Shown in pieces: positions 33,980-43,774 of a DNA stretch of 55,067 bases. Source of the DNA: Candidatus Micrarchaeota archaeon (GTDB lineage: Archaea > Micrarchaeota > Micrarchaeia > Micrarchaeales > CABMGC01); contig JAJZKQ010000002.1 in assembly GCA_021804095.1 (NCBI GenBank), forward strand, positions 1 to 55,067. The letters run 5' to 3'. The notes below the pieces were generated by a model that was not told the DNA's origin, searched no databases, and saw only the letters and a list, made by a program, of their open reading frames with translations. How positions within the stretch are numbered: the first letter of the stretch is position 1; each line of letters opens with the position of its first letter. The translations under genes and the position numbers were made by a program.

Positions 33980-35227
33980 TTATCTAAAATCTGAAATGCT
34001 TTTCTGCATTCCTGACTGTTTTTTAGGCGGATTTCTGTTAAGAATGTCGACCTTCCCGAAAACGCCATCGTATCCTGGGATTATAGCTACCTTTCCGCTT
34101 CTTATGTTGCCTATGGCAGAAGCAAGCTCCCTGTCTGTCTTTGCCATCTCTTCCAGATCGAGATCAAGAAGTATTCTAAATTCACTGCCGAATTTCTGAA
34201 TGAGCCCATCATATGCCTGCTTAACTGCCTCTGAGAACACAGTCTTGTTTTTAGTATAAGCTATTATCTCCATGAGAGGCATTGTTCTTACGAATGGAAT
34301 GGCATCTTTTGGAGTATATCCTTCTTTCCTGTCTGCGAGCTCCTCTACCCTGTGCATGACCCCTATAGTCAGCTTTCTCCTGCATACAGGACATATTCCA
34401 TTATATTTTTTAGAAGCCTCAGGATCGAGCGATATGCCGCATTTTCTATGCCCGTCGTAATGATACTTTCCTTCTTCCGGAAAGAATTCGATTGTCTTTA
34501 ATATTTTCTTTTTAGTTATAGAGGATATTATGTCCTTGTATTCAGGCTGATCTTCATATTCTAAAACTATGGCCTCGCGCCCCAATTTAGGGAGGGAATG
34601 GGCGTCGCTTCCTGAAATCAATGTTATGTTGTCAAGTCTGGATACCCTCCAGTTCATGCTTGGATCTGAAGAGAGGCCTGTCTCTATTGCTTTTACATAT
34701 GTATATTGGTCGCCGTAGGCTTCCTTCAGTGAAGCGTAGCCATAGCTTCCGAAAACACCGAACCAGGGAGTCCAGGCATGTGCACTGAAGACAAATGATT
34801 TTTTGTCCGCTTCGCGAACTTTTTCAACCAGCTCTTCGGGAGTTATATTGAGTATAGGCCTTCCGTCGCTCCTGAGATCTCCGTTGTTTTTGATCAGATC
34901 GTTGATCGATTCCGCTGCTGCAATATCAGGCGCCAGTATGCCGTGGTGTATCTTTTTGAATTTTTCTCCGTCTTTTGATATTGTGCATACCTCAGCGCTC
35001 GGAATGAATAGCAGTGACGTTGAGGTTCCCTTCAGCTTGTATACCTCGTTTTCCTCTTCGAGTTTTGTTTTCATTTCGGATATCCAGGAAGGGTGGGTAA
35101 AATCACCGGTTCCTATTATGCCTATTCCCTTTTCCAATCCTGTGTGGTTTATATTCTCAAGAGTAAGCGATTCGCTGCATGCTCCTGCATATTTTGAATG
35201 CACATGGAGGTCAGCTATATATTCCAT
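33980..35227 (-). CDS. PHP-domain endonuclease Q (EndoQ)-like protein
   Basis: It has an N-terminal PHP motif ADLHVHSKYAGA and GTGDFTHPSW, with distal SGSDAHS. A Zn-finger block reads HYDGHRKCG...CPVCRRKLTIGVMHRVEELA. Length (415 aa) and motif order match archaeal EndoQ. Confidence 0.7.
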   Translation of the reverse strand: MEYIADLHVHSKYAGACSESLTLENINHTGLEKGIGIIGTGDFTHPSWISEMKTKLEEENEVYKLKGTSTSLLFIPSAEVCTISKDGEKFKKIHHGILAPDIAAAESINDLIKNNGDLRSDGRPILNITPEELVEKVREADKKSFVFSAHAWTPWFGVFGSYGYASLKEAYGDQYTYVKAIETGLSSDPSMNWRVSRLDNITLISGSDAHSLPKLGREAIVLEYEDQPEYKDIISSITKKKILKTIEFFPEEGKYHYDGHRKCGISLDPEASKKYNGICPVCRRKLTIGVMHRVEELADRKEGYTPKDAIPFVRTMPLMEIIAYTKNKTVFSEAVKQAYDGLIQKFGSEFRILLDLDLEEMAKTDRELASAIGNIRSGKVAIIPGYDGVFGKVDILNRNPPKKQSGMQKSISDFR

Positions 35228-35243
35228 TTTCAGAACCTATCGA

Positions 35244-35750
35244 TTACAATTTGTATCCCAGATCACGAAGAAGTTTTTTTCGCTTGGCTCTGTCTTCATT
35301 CTGCTCAACGCCGCGTGGCGAAGATCCGTCTATAACTCCGAATATGGCCCTTCCCTGATCCGATTTGCCTACTATTATCTGAAGAGGGTTTGCGGTTGCG
35401 CAGTATATGTTAGCTATCTCAGGAACCGCCTTCAGCCTGCTCATGACATTTATCGGATAAGCAGATTTCATAAGTATAAGAAATGTATGCCCTACCGATA
35501 TCTTCATCATTCCTTCTTCGGCCTGCTTTATCAAGACAGGATCATTTCCTTCGCTCCTTACTAGGCAGTCGCTGCTTGCTTCAGAAAAAGCAATCCCGAA
35601 TTTTATTCCGGGAACAGAATCTACCATCGCCTCGTAAAGATCTTCTATGGTTTTTATAAATCCGGCATGACCCAGTATCATGTTGGTCTCCGGATCTTTG
35701 TCTACTCCCACATACTCAAATTTGATAGGCTCCATTATTCCACCCTGCAA
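35244..35750 (-). CDS. Adenosine-specific kinase family protein (PF04008-like)
   Basis: The sequence is GHAGFIKTIEDLYEAMVDSVPGIKFGIAFSEASSDCLVRSEGND...VGHTFLILMKSAYPINVMSRLKAVPEIANIYCATANP, the characteristic conserved blocks of this small archaeal family. Confidence 0.7.
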   Translation of the reverse strand: MQGGIMEPIKFEYVGVDKDPETNMILGHAGFIKTIEDLYEAMVDSVPGIKFGIAFSEASSDCLVRSEGNDPVLIKQAEEGMMKISVGHTFLILMKSAYPINVMSRLKAVPEIANIYCATANPLQIIVGKSDQGRAIFGVIDGSSPRGVEQNEDRAKRKKLLRDLGYKL

Positions 35751-35826
35751 TAAAGATTAGAAGTAAAAGGATTTAAGACTCTTCCCAGAGAAGATGTGGC
35801 TTGCCAAGAGAGAATCCAATCCGTAA

Positions 35827-36450
35827 TTATACCTTTTCGAGTATTATGGTGACTGAACTTACCTTCGATTTTGTGCCATCTTCGTTCACAAGCTCTTCGG
35901 AATTTATCAGGAGCTTTTCTGAACTTGGATTTTTTATAGATTTGAGGAACCTGTTTCTTGCTATTTCGGCAACATCTACAGCCTTTGATATGGAGTTTCC
36001 CCTGGCCTTTATGGCTACGCTTTTTGCACCGTTATTAAACTGGGTCACCACGGCAAGAACATAGTTCATTAATGGCTTTTTTCCAACATAGACTATATTT
36101 TCAGGTACAGGTTTTACCGAATCGCTTTCTTCGAGATTAAGTAGGATCTGCATTGCGCTGACCTTTGACATTGTGCCGTCTTCATTGCTTATCTCTTCAG
36201 TTGCAAAGGTAACGTTTCTGTTTTCAGGGTATCTCACATCCTGCAAAAATTTATTTTTGACTATCTCTACCACATCTACTGCTTTGGATATCGCGTTCCC
36301 CCTGGCCTTTATCCTGACACTCTTGAGACCTCCGTTGAATTGAGTTACAACCGCAAGGACATAATTCATGGATGGCTTTCTTCCTATCAATATGGAGTTG
36401 TCATTCCTATCTGTTTTTCTATCTTCCAAAATCCTCTCTTCGCTTTCCAT
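35827..36450 (-). CDS. albA: Tandem-domain Alba (two Alba domains in one polypeptide)
   Basis: Domain 1 is ILIGRKPSMNYVLAVVTQFNGGLKSVRIKARGNAISKAVDVVEIVKNKFL...NEDGTMSKVSAMQILL. Domain 2 is VYVGKKPLMNYVLAVVTQFNNGAKSVAIKARGNSISKAVDVAEIARNRFL...NEDGTKSKVSSVTIIL. Both match the canonical Alba signature. Confidence 0.9.
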   Translation of the reverse strand: MESEERILEDRKTDRNDNSILIGRKPSMNYVLAVVTQFNGGLKSVRIKARGNAISKAVDVVEIVKNKFLQDVRYPENRNVTFATEEISNEDGTMSKVSAMQILLNLEESDSVKPVPENIVYVGKKPLMNYVLAVVTQFNNGAKSVAIKARGNSISKAVDVAEIARNRFLKSIKNPSSEKLLINSEELVNEDGTKSKVSSVTIILEKV

Positions 36451-36577
36451 TTTTCCACCATTTTTGTTTTAGTACTATTTCCACAGAGCATTTTTCGTTT
36501 TTGATCTTTAGCTATCATTCCGTTAGACCAGTAATCATATGGCACCATATTTAATAAAGATATAACTCTTCCGCATG

Positions 36578-37144
36578 TTACAGCTTTCTCGCGAATGTCA
36601 GATATGCAGTATGCATAAGTCCCATATTCGCAGGCCTTATCCCCTCCCGCCTGACAAGCATCTCCCTCACTATTACCTCTAAAGTATGAACATCTGCGAA
36701 ACCGGTGGCGTTCAATCCCTCCACAAATGTGCCTACCTGTTCGGTGTGTGGGAGGTATCCTACTATTATTCCGCCTTTTTTTAGAGCTTTCGCGGCATTT
36801 GGCAAAATGCGCTCAGCATTTGGAATGTCAACAGTCATTATATCTGCATCTTCCTCGTCTATCTGCTCGCAGGCATCCTGATGCTTAAAGGCTATGTTTT
36901 CAACACCGAAAATTTCACGGTTTTTCTCCGCTATTCTTATAAAGTCTTCCCGTATTTCATAAGTGTATACTTTCTTTGCGACAATGGAGAGTGAGAGCGC
37001 AAGCCATCCGCTTCCGGTGCCTACATCTATGCAGATGCTGTTTTTGCTGACTCCGGTATATGACATTATTATGCCTATGTCTTTGGGCAGTATAACCTGT
37101 GGCCCGCGCTTCAGCTTTCTATACATCTGGGGATAAATAAACAT
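36578..37144 (-). CDS. trmI: tRNA (adenine-N1)-methyltransferase TrmI (GCD14 family)
   Basis: The sequence is PQVILPKDIGIIMSYTGVSKNSICIDVGTGSGWLALSLS (SAM motif I), then YTYEIREDF and DADIMTVDIPNAERILPNAAKALKKGGIIVGYLPHTEQV. Confidence 0.8.
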   Translation of the reverse strand: MFIYPQMYRKLKRGPQVILPKDIGIIMSYTGVSKNSICIDVGTGSGWLALSLSIVAKKVYTYEIREDFIRIAEKNREIFGVENIAFKHQDACEQIDEEDADIMTVDIPNAERILPNAAKALKKGGIIVGYLPHTEQVGTFVEGLNATGFADVHTLEVIVREMLVRREGIRPANMGLMHTAYLTFARKL

Positions 37145-37148
37145 GCTA

Positions 37149-39404
37149 TCATTCTTCAGTCTCGCTCTTCTTCTTTCTCTGTCGCTTCACGCCTTTTGGT
37201 TTGGCATTATCTCCCTTCTTCCTTGCTTCTTTCTTTACCGCTTTCTTAGCTTGGTGTGCTCCTGCTTCTGTTTTTTTAGTATCAATTTGCTTTGAATCGG
37301 GATTGCTTGCTGATTGTACTGCGTTGTTGGGGATTTTAGGTGCTTCCTCCTTCTTTTGTTTCCAGTTCCGCTTTGTTTCGCAGTCGGGGTTTACACACAT
37401 CTCGTATACTTTTCCTTTTGCAAATACCTTTACTCTTGGAGCTCCACATTTCTCACAGGTCTTGCGCATGGGTACTATCCTGGCGTATTGCGGCAATGGG
37501 TATGAATTATTGCATTCTGGCCAGTTGCTGCACCCTACGAACTGCTTGTTGTTCCTGGATTTTTTTATTATAAGGTCTCCTTTTCCGCATTTGGTGCATC
37601 TGCCAAGCATATATGCGACCTCGCTCTCCTTTAGTCCGGCACTGAGGCCTTTGCCTATCTCCCTGCCATTCTTTTTGAAGGATTCGACTACCTTTGTTAT
37701 TATCTGCTTGCCCTCGTTTATTACCTCGTCTTTGCTCTTCTGGCCTTTGCTTATCCGTTCCATGTCTTTTTCGAGGTTCCTTGTCAGATCTTCATCGAGA
37801 ATGTCAGGACAGTAGGCATTAAGGCTTTCAAATACGCTCATCCCGAATTTTGTTACCTCTATCTTCGCATTTATGATATATCCCCTGTTGAATAGCGTAT
37901 CTATTATGGATGCTCTGGTAGCCTTTGTTCCGAGATCCTTTTTTTCAAGAAGGGCTATCAGGCTTGCCTTTGTATATCTCTTAGGGGGTTCGGTCTTCCC
38001 TTCTTTCATATGTATCTTGTCTGGTGTTATTGTCTCACCTTTGGAAAGCGCCGGCATTGCGTTTTCCTCAGGCTTGTAGTAATTGTATATCTCCATCCAT
38101 CCCTTGGATTTTATGACGTTGCCGCTTGCAGAATATTCTTCACTTCCCGCGACAAGATTGATCTTGGTGTTAGCGATGGTGGCAGGATCGTCAAAACAGG
38201 CAAGGAATCTTTTTGCTATGACATCATAAACAGATTCTTCTTCTGATGACATTTTTTTCGGAAGCTCCCCTGTAGGATAGATTGCAGGATGCGCCTCGTC
38301 TTCCTTGGCTCCTTCCCTGGGCCTGTATTTTGCTCCTGAGATAAGTTTTTTGGCATGGTGCTCATACTTAGGATTTTGTGACATCATGGATATTATCCTA
38401 GGCAGATTTAGAGTTGCAGGAAGCTTCTGCGATGCTGTTCTCGGGTATGAGATATATGATTTTTCATATAATGACTGAGCGATTGCCAATGTCCTTGTGG
38501 GGTCCATCTTCAAGGCCCTGCTGGCCTCCAATTGCAGCGATGTGAGGTCAAAAGGAGGGAACGGATACCTTGTCTCAAGGCTTTCATTGATTTCTTTTAC
38601 CTCGACCTTGCTTCTTTCGGTCTCCGCCAATGCAGACTCGGCATCCTTTCTCTCGAACATGTTTCCTTTTTTGTTCTGAAAATCAATTCCCTTGAATTTC
38701 ACTATTACTGTCCAGAAAGGCTCAGACTCGAAGTTCTTTATCTCAAGCTCACGTTTTGAGAGTATTCCCAGGGTAGGTCCCTGAACTCTGCCTATACTCA
38801 TTATCTTTTTGACTCCTGCAAGATAGAGGGAATTCATCAAAACCCTGCTCATGTTTATGCCCCATATCCAGTCAAGCATATGTCTTGACTCCCCTGCATA
38901 CATGTTGTTGTAATCGAATTTCTCAAGATTCTCATATGCCTGTTCAAGATCAGGCTTTGTAGTTGTTGAAAACCTCATTCTACCGAGATTTGGCGTTTTC
39001 TCCGCCAGCTCCTTGTTCGGATCCCTGTTTATTATATCTTTTATCAGATTTGAGCCTATTATAGTGCCTTCTATGTCGTAGTCGCAGGCGTTTATAAAGA
39101 AGGAGCACTTTCTCCCTATGATCTCAATTGTATCAAGATACTTCTTGGTAAAGTATGCATTCTTGTTCACTTTGTAAGAAGGAGCCCATTCTATATCGAA
39201 TGTCGGAAGGGTGTAACCCTTCTCTTTCTGGTGCAGGGAGAAGAGATGTCCTGCTGCAGGAACGACATATATCTTCTCGCCCTTCCGCTCAAATTCGTAA
39301 TATACTGCCTGGTTTAATACATTTGTCTTAGGTTTAGTATCGCTCAGGGATAGTGCTATTCTCAGTGCTACGCTGGGCTTTTCCGCTATTATGAGTTTCT
39401 CCAT
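37149..39404 (-). CDS. topA: Type IA DNA topoisomerase (archaeal TopA/Topo III-like) with C-terminal zinc ribbons and a Lys-rich tail
   Basis: The Toprim domain is LIIAEKPSVA and CDYDIEG. The active-site Tyr region is SYISYPRTASQKL. Zinc ribbons are CTKCGKG...CSNWPEC and CEKCGAP...CVNPDC. The terminal ~90 aa are K/A/E-rich. Confidence 0.9.
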   Translation of the reverse strand: MEKLIIAEKPSVALRIALSLSDTKPKTNVLNQAVYYEFERKGEKIYVVPAAGHLFSLHQKEKGYTLPTFDIEWAPSYKVNKNAYFTKKYLDTIEIIGRKCSFFINACDYDIEGTIIGSNLIKDIINRDPNKELAEKTPNLGRMRFSTTTKPDLEQAYENLEKFDYNNMYAGESRHMLDWIWGINMSRVLMNSLYLAGVKKIMSIGRVQGPTLGILSKRELEIKNFESEPFWTVIVKFKGIDFQNKKGNMFERKDAESALAETERSKVEVKEINESLETRYPFPPFDLTSLQLEASRALKMDPTRTLAIAQSLYEKSYISYPRTASQKLPATLNLPRIISMMSQNPKYEHHAKKLISGAKYRPREGAKEDEAHPAIYPTGELPKKMSSEEESVYDVIAKRFLACFDDPATIANTKINLVAGSEEYSASGNVIKSKGWMEIYNYYKPEENAMPALSKGETITPDKIHMKEGKTEPPKRYTKASLIALLEKKDLGTKATRASIIDTLFNRGYIINAKIEVTKFGMSVFESLNAYCPDILDEDLTRNLEKDMERISKGQKSKDEVINEGKQIITKVVESFKKNGREIGKGLSAGLKESEVAYMLGRCTKCGKGDLIIKKSRNNKQFVGCSNWPECNNSYPLPQYARIVPMRKTCEKCGAPRVKVFAKGKVYEMCVNPDCETKRNWKQKKEEAPKIPNNAVQSASNPDSKQIDTKKTEAGAHQAKKAVKKEARKKGDNAKPKGVKRQRKKKSETEE

Positions 39405-39417
39405 TCTATCCTATCTG

Positions 39418-39660
39418 CTATTTCTTCTCCTTCTTCTGTTTAGGCTTTGGCTTTGTCTGGTCCTTTTCTTCAGAGCTCTTCTTGTCTCTGGATATTCTCA
39501 ATGACATGTATAGCTCAAGGCATAGCGTTATTATAGCAATCGCATAGAAGATTACTCCGCCTCCAGTGTATACATATGCAAGTATCGCTATTATGCTGAA
39601 AATCACAACTCCTGCTGCAACTGCGAGCGAGGTCCTTTCACTTTCGCTATATTCCATCAA
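39418..39660 (-). CDS. Small two-TM membrane protein with a Lys-rich tail (hypothetical)
   Basis: This 80-aa ORF has two hydrophobic helices and a KKSSEEKDQTKPKPKQKKEKK tail. It sits 13 nt upstream of topA on the same strand. Confidence 0.45.
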   Translation of the reverse strand: MMEYSESERTSLAVAAGVVIFSIIAILAYVYTGGGVIFYAIAIITLCLELYMSLRISRDKKSSEEKDQTKPKPKQKKEKK

Positions 39661-39986
39661 GACACATTACTACTTGTCTGAATGCTCAAAGATAAATACT
39701 TTTGGTTTATATGCCGGATTTGGAGCTTGATAGTTATATTATGGCGGCTCGTCAAAGAGATACACCCCATACTGCGTATGTTATTATGTGTGCTATGAAA
39801 TACAAAAAAATCGGAGAGAGGATTCTTTGATCTGTTTCAATAGCATCACAGATATTTTGCATCTAATGCCAGGCAAAAAAGATCAAGCAGATTCATCTTT
39901 TCCAGCATTATTTCCAGTATGCCTGGGGCCGTTTCCATCGATTTCTCTCTGGAAAGGCGGCCTCAGAATACCGGCGATCTCCATTC

Positions 39987-41609
39987 TCAAAGCGCCTTCG
40001 GCGTCTTCTTTTTCTGTGAGTCTCCCTTTAAGAATCTCCTATACACGACAACTGCTATCACTACAACCACAATGATGGCAATAATGTAGTTCTCATATGC
40101 GGAAATTCCGCTTGAAGTTCCACTGCTGACATCTGCAAAATAGCTGCTAGAACCGCTGTAGGTCTGCTGGGCAGCTCCGTCAGGCTGTTTCCACGTCTCA
40201 TATACGGTTACGGGATAGGTTCCCGGGGTTCCCCTTGAGTCTACGCTGACTATAAAAGTCACTTCCTTTGTCTGGCCTGGCGCAAGATCTTGTATGTAGC
40301 CGCTTCCCGAGACGGGTGTTATTGGATATGTACTTTGGAAGTTGAGCTGCAATCCCTCCGCTGTTGTAGTTCCGGTGTTTGTTATGGTGAAGTTTATAGG
40401 AACTGCGGTCTCTCCCGGAATTAGATGGTATGTCGAATTTTCTATCTCGAATGTGGCCGAAGGAGCTATGCTTATGTTCAAGTCCTGTTCCTTGCTGAAA
40501 GCGCTCTCGTAGTTTGTAGAGTAGTAGTTCATTTCAGCAGTCAGCCCTGCGCTTCCTCCGGTATAGTTGCTCGCTGCCACAAGCACGCTCTCGGTAACCG
40601 ACTGGCCCGGGGAGATGCTTCCTATAAAGAAGTTGTTCAATGAGCTGAGAAGGCTTATTCCTCCTTTAGGTGCAAGAATAAGGCTTACGTTTTTGGCTGT
40701 CCCGTATCCTATGTTTTGTACGCTTATCTGAAGCGATTGGTTATAACCCGAATATAGAGTAGATGGGTTTGCAGCGACTATTGAGGCTACAAGATCGGGA
40801 TTCTGGATCTTGACATTTATGGTCTGGTTTATGCTCTGGTTGTATTCAGTGCCTTCCGAGGATTGGTATGAGACTAGCAGAGGCAGGTAATATGTGCCAT
40901 TAGCTATCCTGCTATTGGCAAGGTAGGTGGCTGTCACCACTCCAGATCCTTCTGCAGGTATGATTCCAACGAAGAAATTCTTTGAGCCTATTACTGAGAA
41001 GTCGCTTGTGTTCTCAAGGCTTACCGTAACATTCCTGGCTTTCCCATATCCCGAATTTACAAGTGAGAAAATAACCTGCGAAGATTCCCCTGGAACCATA
41101 TCTTGCGCTGATGGGTTTACCTTTATGTGAGGATTTCCATGCACATAGAAATTTATGGGCATTATAGAAGATCCGGTCACTGTAGTCGAAACTCCCGAAG
41201 TTGTCTGCGTGGTCTGGTATGTTGCAACAAGATTAAGCGAGTAATTTCCGGATGGAGTGTTCTTGGGTATGTGTATGACATAGGTAAAATACGATGTTGA
41301 TCCTCCGTAAAGTCCGGGCCCTGCGCTGCTGAGCAGGTATGGGCTTGAAGGCGAGACATTCAGTATGGGGTAGCTTCCCTCCAATTCAAGATTTATGTTG
41401 TTAAGCGTGTATGTATACGAGTCATAGAGCTGCAGGCTTATTGTGACGTTGTCTCCTGCGTATATCGGATTGGGAGCTATCTGCAGATTGTAAACTGAGA
41501 GAGCATCTACGCCACCCTGCGAAGCGGCCACAGATGCTGCATGCAGAATCGGCACAGCAGTCATTGCTGCTATCGATATCAAAAGATAGATCCATATTCG
41601 TTTTTCCAT
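39987..41609 (-). CDS. Exported repeat-domain surface protein (COG1361/CARDB-like) with a C-terminal membrane anchor
   Basis: It has a signal peptide (IWIYLLISIAAMTAVPILHAAS). It carries repeated Ig-like modules of about 110 aa with recurring ...PG(E/Q)...V.F.(V/L).N.G...A.NV.. patterns. A C-terminal TM helix (IIAIIVVVVIAVVVY) is followed by basic residues. It is the last gene of the PadR-ABC operon. Confidence 0.6.
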   Translation of the reverse strand: MEKRIWIYLLISIAAMTAVPILHAASVAASQGGVDALSVYNLQIAPNPIYAGDNVTISLQLYDSYTYTLNNINLELEGSYPILNVSPSSPYLLSSAGPGLYGGSTSYFTYVIHIPKNTPSGNYSLNLVATYQTTQTTSGVSTTVTGSSIMPINFYVHGNPHIKVNPSAQDMVPGESSQVIFSLVNSGYGKARNVTVSLENTSDFSVIGSKNFFVGIIPAEGSGVVTATYLANSRIANGTYYLPLLVSYQSSEGTEYNQSINQTINVKIQNPDLVASIVAANPSTLYSGYNQSLQISVQNIGYGTAKNVSLILAPKGGISLLSSLNNFFIGSISPGQSVTESVLVAASNYTGGSAGLTAEMNYYSTNYESAFSKEQDLNISIAPSATFEIENSTYHLIPGETAVPINFTITNTGTTTAEGLQLNFQSTYPITPVSGSGYIQDLAPGQTKEVTFIVSVDSRGTPGTYPVTVYETWKQPDGAAQQTYSGSSSYFADVSSGTSSGISAYENYIIAIIVVVVIAVVVYRRFLKGDSQKKKTPKAL

Positions 41610-41655
41610 GTTATCACATTATTTCATTTTTCATTAAGCATAAAGTCTGAGCCAT

Positions 41656-42762
41656 TTAGTCTATAGTGCTCTTGAATAGGGCGAAGCTTATTATGATGCC
41701 CAATATTGCAAATATTATAACAACACTGAAGTCAAGGATGATCTGCCCTACTGGGAAGTATCCATTCAGCATGACGCTCCTTATGCCATTTGTCGCATAT
41801 GTAAGCGGGTCGCCTATATTAAACGGCTGAAGGATGGGAGGAAACGAAGACGACGGGAAGAATGCGCCTGAAAGGAACCATGCGGGCATTGTTATAGACT
41901 GTGCCACTATGGTGTATACTTCTATGGTTTTTATCCTTGAGCCGAGCATTATTGCTATGCCGCTGAATGCTGCGCCTACAAAGAGTATCAGTGGAATTAT
42001 CCATATGAGCCCGGCCACGCCCATCGCCACGCTTCCGCCTAGAACCAGGCCTAGTCCGAGGGCAAGTATCCCGTATATCATGGATTGGAGGGTTCCTGAA
42101 AAGAGTTTTCCTAAGACTATGGCATTCTTGTTTATAGGAGTTATGAGGAAGGATTTTATGTTGCCAAGCTGCCTGTCGACTATTATGGACATGCCTCCTC
42201 CGAAGACTGCACCAAACGCTACAGAAAACAGTATCACTCCGGCTATCAAAAAGTCCCTGTAGCTGCTGTTTGTTCCCTGTGTCGAGACTGCATTCACATC
42301 GCTTTGTATCGAGACGCTGCTAACCTGTCCTGTGCTGTATTTGGCTGCTGTATTTTCTATGAAAGGTATTGCCACACCGGATTCTGAGAACTGGCTTGTG
42401 GCATAATATACGTATACGCTGGGCTGGCCATCTGTGCTCTTCGGGAAGGACGGCAGTATGACTATCAATGAGGATATGCTTCCGGCACGAAGCATCGCCA
42501 GGCCTTCCTGCTCGTTTGTCACTGCCTTGATATTAAGTGTGCTTCCTGATTCCAGACTGTTCATAAACTGGTTCGATACCTGGCTGTTTGCATAATTTGC
42601 TACAGCTACAGGTATGTTGTTGACGCTGCTGCCCAGATTGCCTAAAAAGATGATTATGATAAGTGGAAACATCATCGAGCGGATTATATTTGTCCTGAGA
42701 TTGCTCTTGAATATCAGCATCTCCCTTTTGAATATTGTTATTGAGTCGTATAGAAGTCCCAT
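41656..42762 (-). CDS. ABC-2 type transporter permease
   Basis: It has one N-terminal TM helix, a large extracytoplasmic loop of about 140 aa, and a C-terminal bundle of 5 TM helices, the ABC-2/YhgE-like topology. It lies 1 nt after the ATPase gene. Confidence 0.75.
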   Translation of the reverse strand: MGLLYDSITIFKREMLIFKSNLRTNIIRSMMFPLIIIIFLGNLGSSVNNIPVAVANYANSQVSNQFMNSLESGSTLNIKAVTNEQEGLAMLRAGSISSLIVILPSFPKSTDGQPSVYVYYATSQFSESGVAIPFIENTAAKYSTGQVSSVSIQSDVNAVSTQGTNSSYRDFLIAGVILFSVAFGAVFGGGMSIIVDRQLGNIKSFLITPINKNAIVLGKLFSGTLQSMIYGILALGLGLVLGGSVAMGVAGLIWIIPLILFVGAAFSGIAIMLGSRIKTIEVYTIVAQSITMPAWFLSGAFFPSSSFPPILQPFNIGDPLTYATNGIRSVMLNGYFPVGQIILDFSVVIIFAILGIIISFALFKSTID

Positions 42763-42763
42763 C

Positions 42764-43774
42764 TCATCTCCTCCCTATCAGGCCCATCTTGGCCATGTTC
42801 TTTCCGGCCTTCTGGTCTCCTGTTGAGTCTCTTATGCTGGACCCGGTTAGCTTCATGAATACATCATCCATTGTAGGAAGATGCATGCCTATTGTCTGGA
42901 CATCTATCTTATTCCTTCTGAGTTCTTCGGCTACCTTTATCATCATGTCCATGTCTATATTATTGGTAAGCACAAAGAGGTCATCCTTCTCCTCGTATTC
43001 CATCTTCAGCTTGGATTTGAGGATCTTTGCTGTCTTCTCTCTTTCGTCTTGGTTTACCTTGATGCTGAGGAGATTGCCTTTTGCTACTGTCTTTTTCAGC
43101 TCGGATGCTGTGCCGATGGCCATGACTTTTCCATGATCGATTATTGCTATGCGGTCACATAGCTGGTCGGCTTCCTCAAGATATTGTGTAGTTAGTATTA
43201 TGGTTATGCCTTTGCTCCTAAGGCGTTTTATCTCTTCCCACATTCCGACACGGCTCTGTATGTCCAGGCCGGTTGTAGGTTCATCTAGTATCAGTATCTT
43301 GGGTTCCTGAATCATGGATTTTACAAGATTGAGCCTTCTCTGCATTCCTCCTGAGAATGTGCCTGCGGCAACATCTGCGAATGAGATAAGGTTTGCTTCG
43401 TCAAGGGCATGGTTTACCTTCTCTTCTATCCTATTCTCAGGGATGTGGTAGAGTCTTGCGAATATCCGGAGATTATCCCTTGCAGTGAGATAACTGTCCA
43501 CTACAGTCTCCTGGGTCATGAAACCGATGAGCTGTTTTATCTTACTGTTTTCCTTTGAATTGTCATAGCCTTCTATTATTATCTTCCCGGAAGTAGGATG
43601 CAGAAGGCCCAGTATCATATTCAGCGTGGTGGTCTTTCCGGCTCCGTTCGGCCCCAGTATTCCGAATATCTCTCCCTTCTTGATTTTGAAGCTTATGTCT
43701 TTTACAGCTTCGAAGTCTCCGAATTTCTTCTGGAGACTGAATATTTCAATAGAGTATTGGTCAGACTGACTCAT
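42764..43774 (-). CDS. ABC transporter ATP-binding protein (DrrA/CcmA-like, with a C-terminal extension)
   Basis: The motifs are Walker A GILGPNGAGKTT, Q-loop, signature FSGGMQRRL, Walker B ILILDEPTTGLD and H-loop TTQYLEEA. Confidence 0.9.
   Translation of the reverse strand: MSQSDQYSIEIFSLQKKFGDFEAVKDISFKIKKGEIFGILGPNGAGKTTTLNMILGLLHPTSGKIIIEGYDNSKENSKIKQLIGFMTQETVVDSYLTARDNLRIFARLYHIPENRIEEKVNHALDEANLISFADVAAGTFSGGMQRRLNLVKSMIQEPKILILDEPTTGLDIQSRVGMWEEIKRLRSKGITIILTTQYLEEADQLCDRIAIIDHGKVMAIGTASELKKTVAKGNLLSIKVNQDEREKTAKILKSKLKMEYEEKDDLFVLTNNIDMDMMIKVAEELRRNKIDVQTIGMHLPTMDDVFMKLTGSSIRDSTGDQKAGKNMAKMGLIGRR

Noticed and set aside
34803-35564. 253-aa plus-strand ORF spanning the EndoQ-like and adenosine-kinase-family genes
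   Set aside because: It is antisense to two well-supported minus-strand genes and crosses their intergenic gap. It has a Ser/Phe-rich composition and no recognisable domain.
37201-37815. 204-aa plus-strand ORF and neighbouring short ORFs inside the topoisomerase gene
   Set aside because: They are antisense to topA and arise from the reverse complement of its Lys/Glu-rich tail (AAG/GAA read as CTT/TTC). They are not credible coding sequence.
39927-39962. Imperfect hairpin ggccg-tttcca...tggaaa-ggcggcc just downstream (minus strand) of the 540-aa surface-protein gene
   Set aside because: It could be a terminator-associated structure, but the stem is interrupted and there is no adjacent oligo-T run on the transcribed strand. 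I only mention it under the ABC operon finding.
39788-40075. 95-aa plus-strand ORF in and beside the 3' end of the surface-protein gene, and short minus-strand ORFs (33 and 20 codons) at 39661-39986
   Set aside because: The plus ORF overlaps the well-supported minus-strand gene and has low-complexity content. The short minus ORFs have no motif and no conservation clue. I treat the region as a terminator/promoter spacer for the downstream membrane-protein/topA unit.
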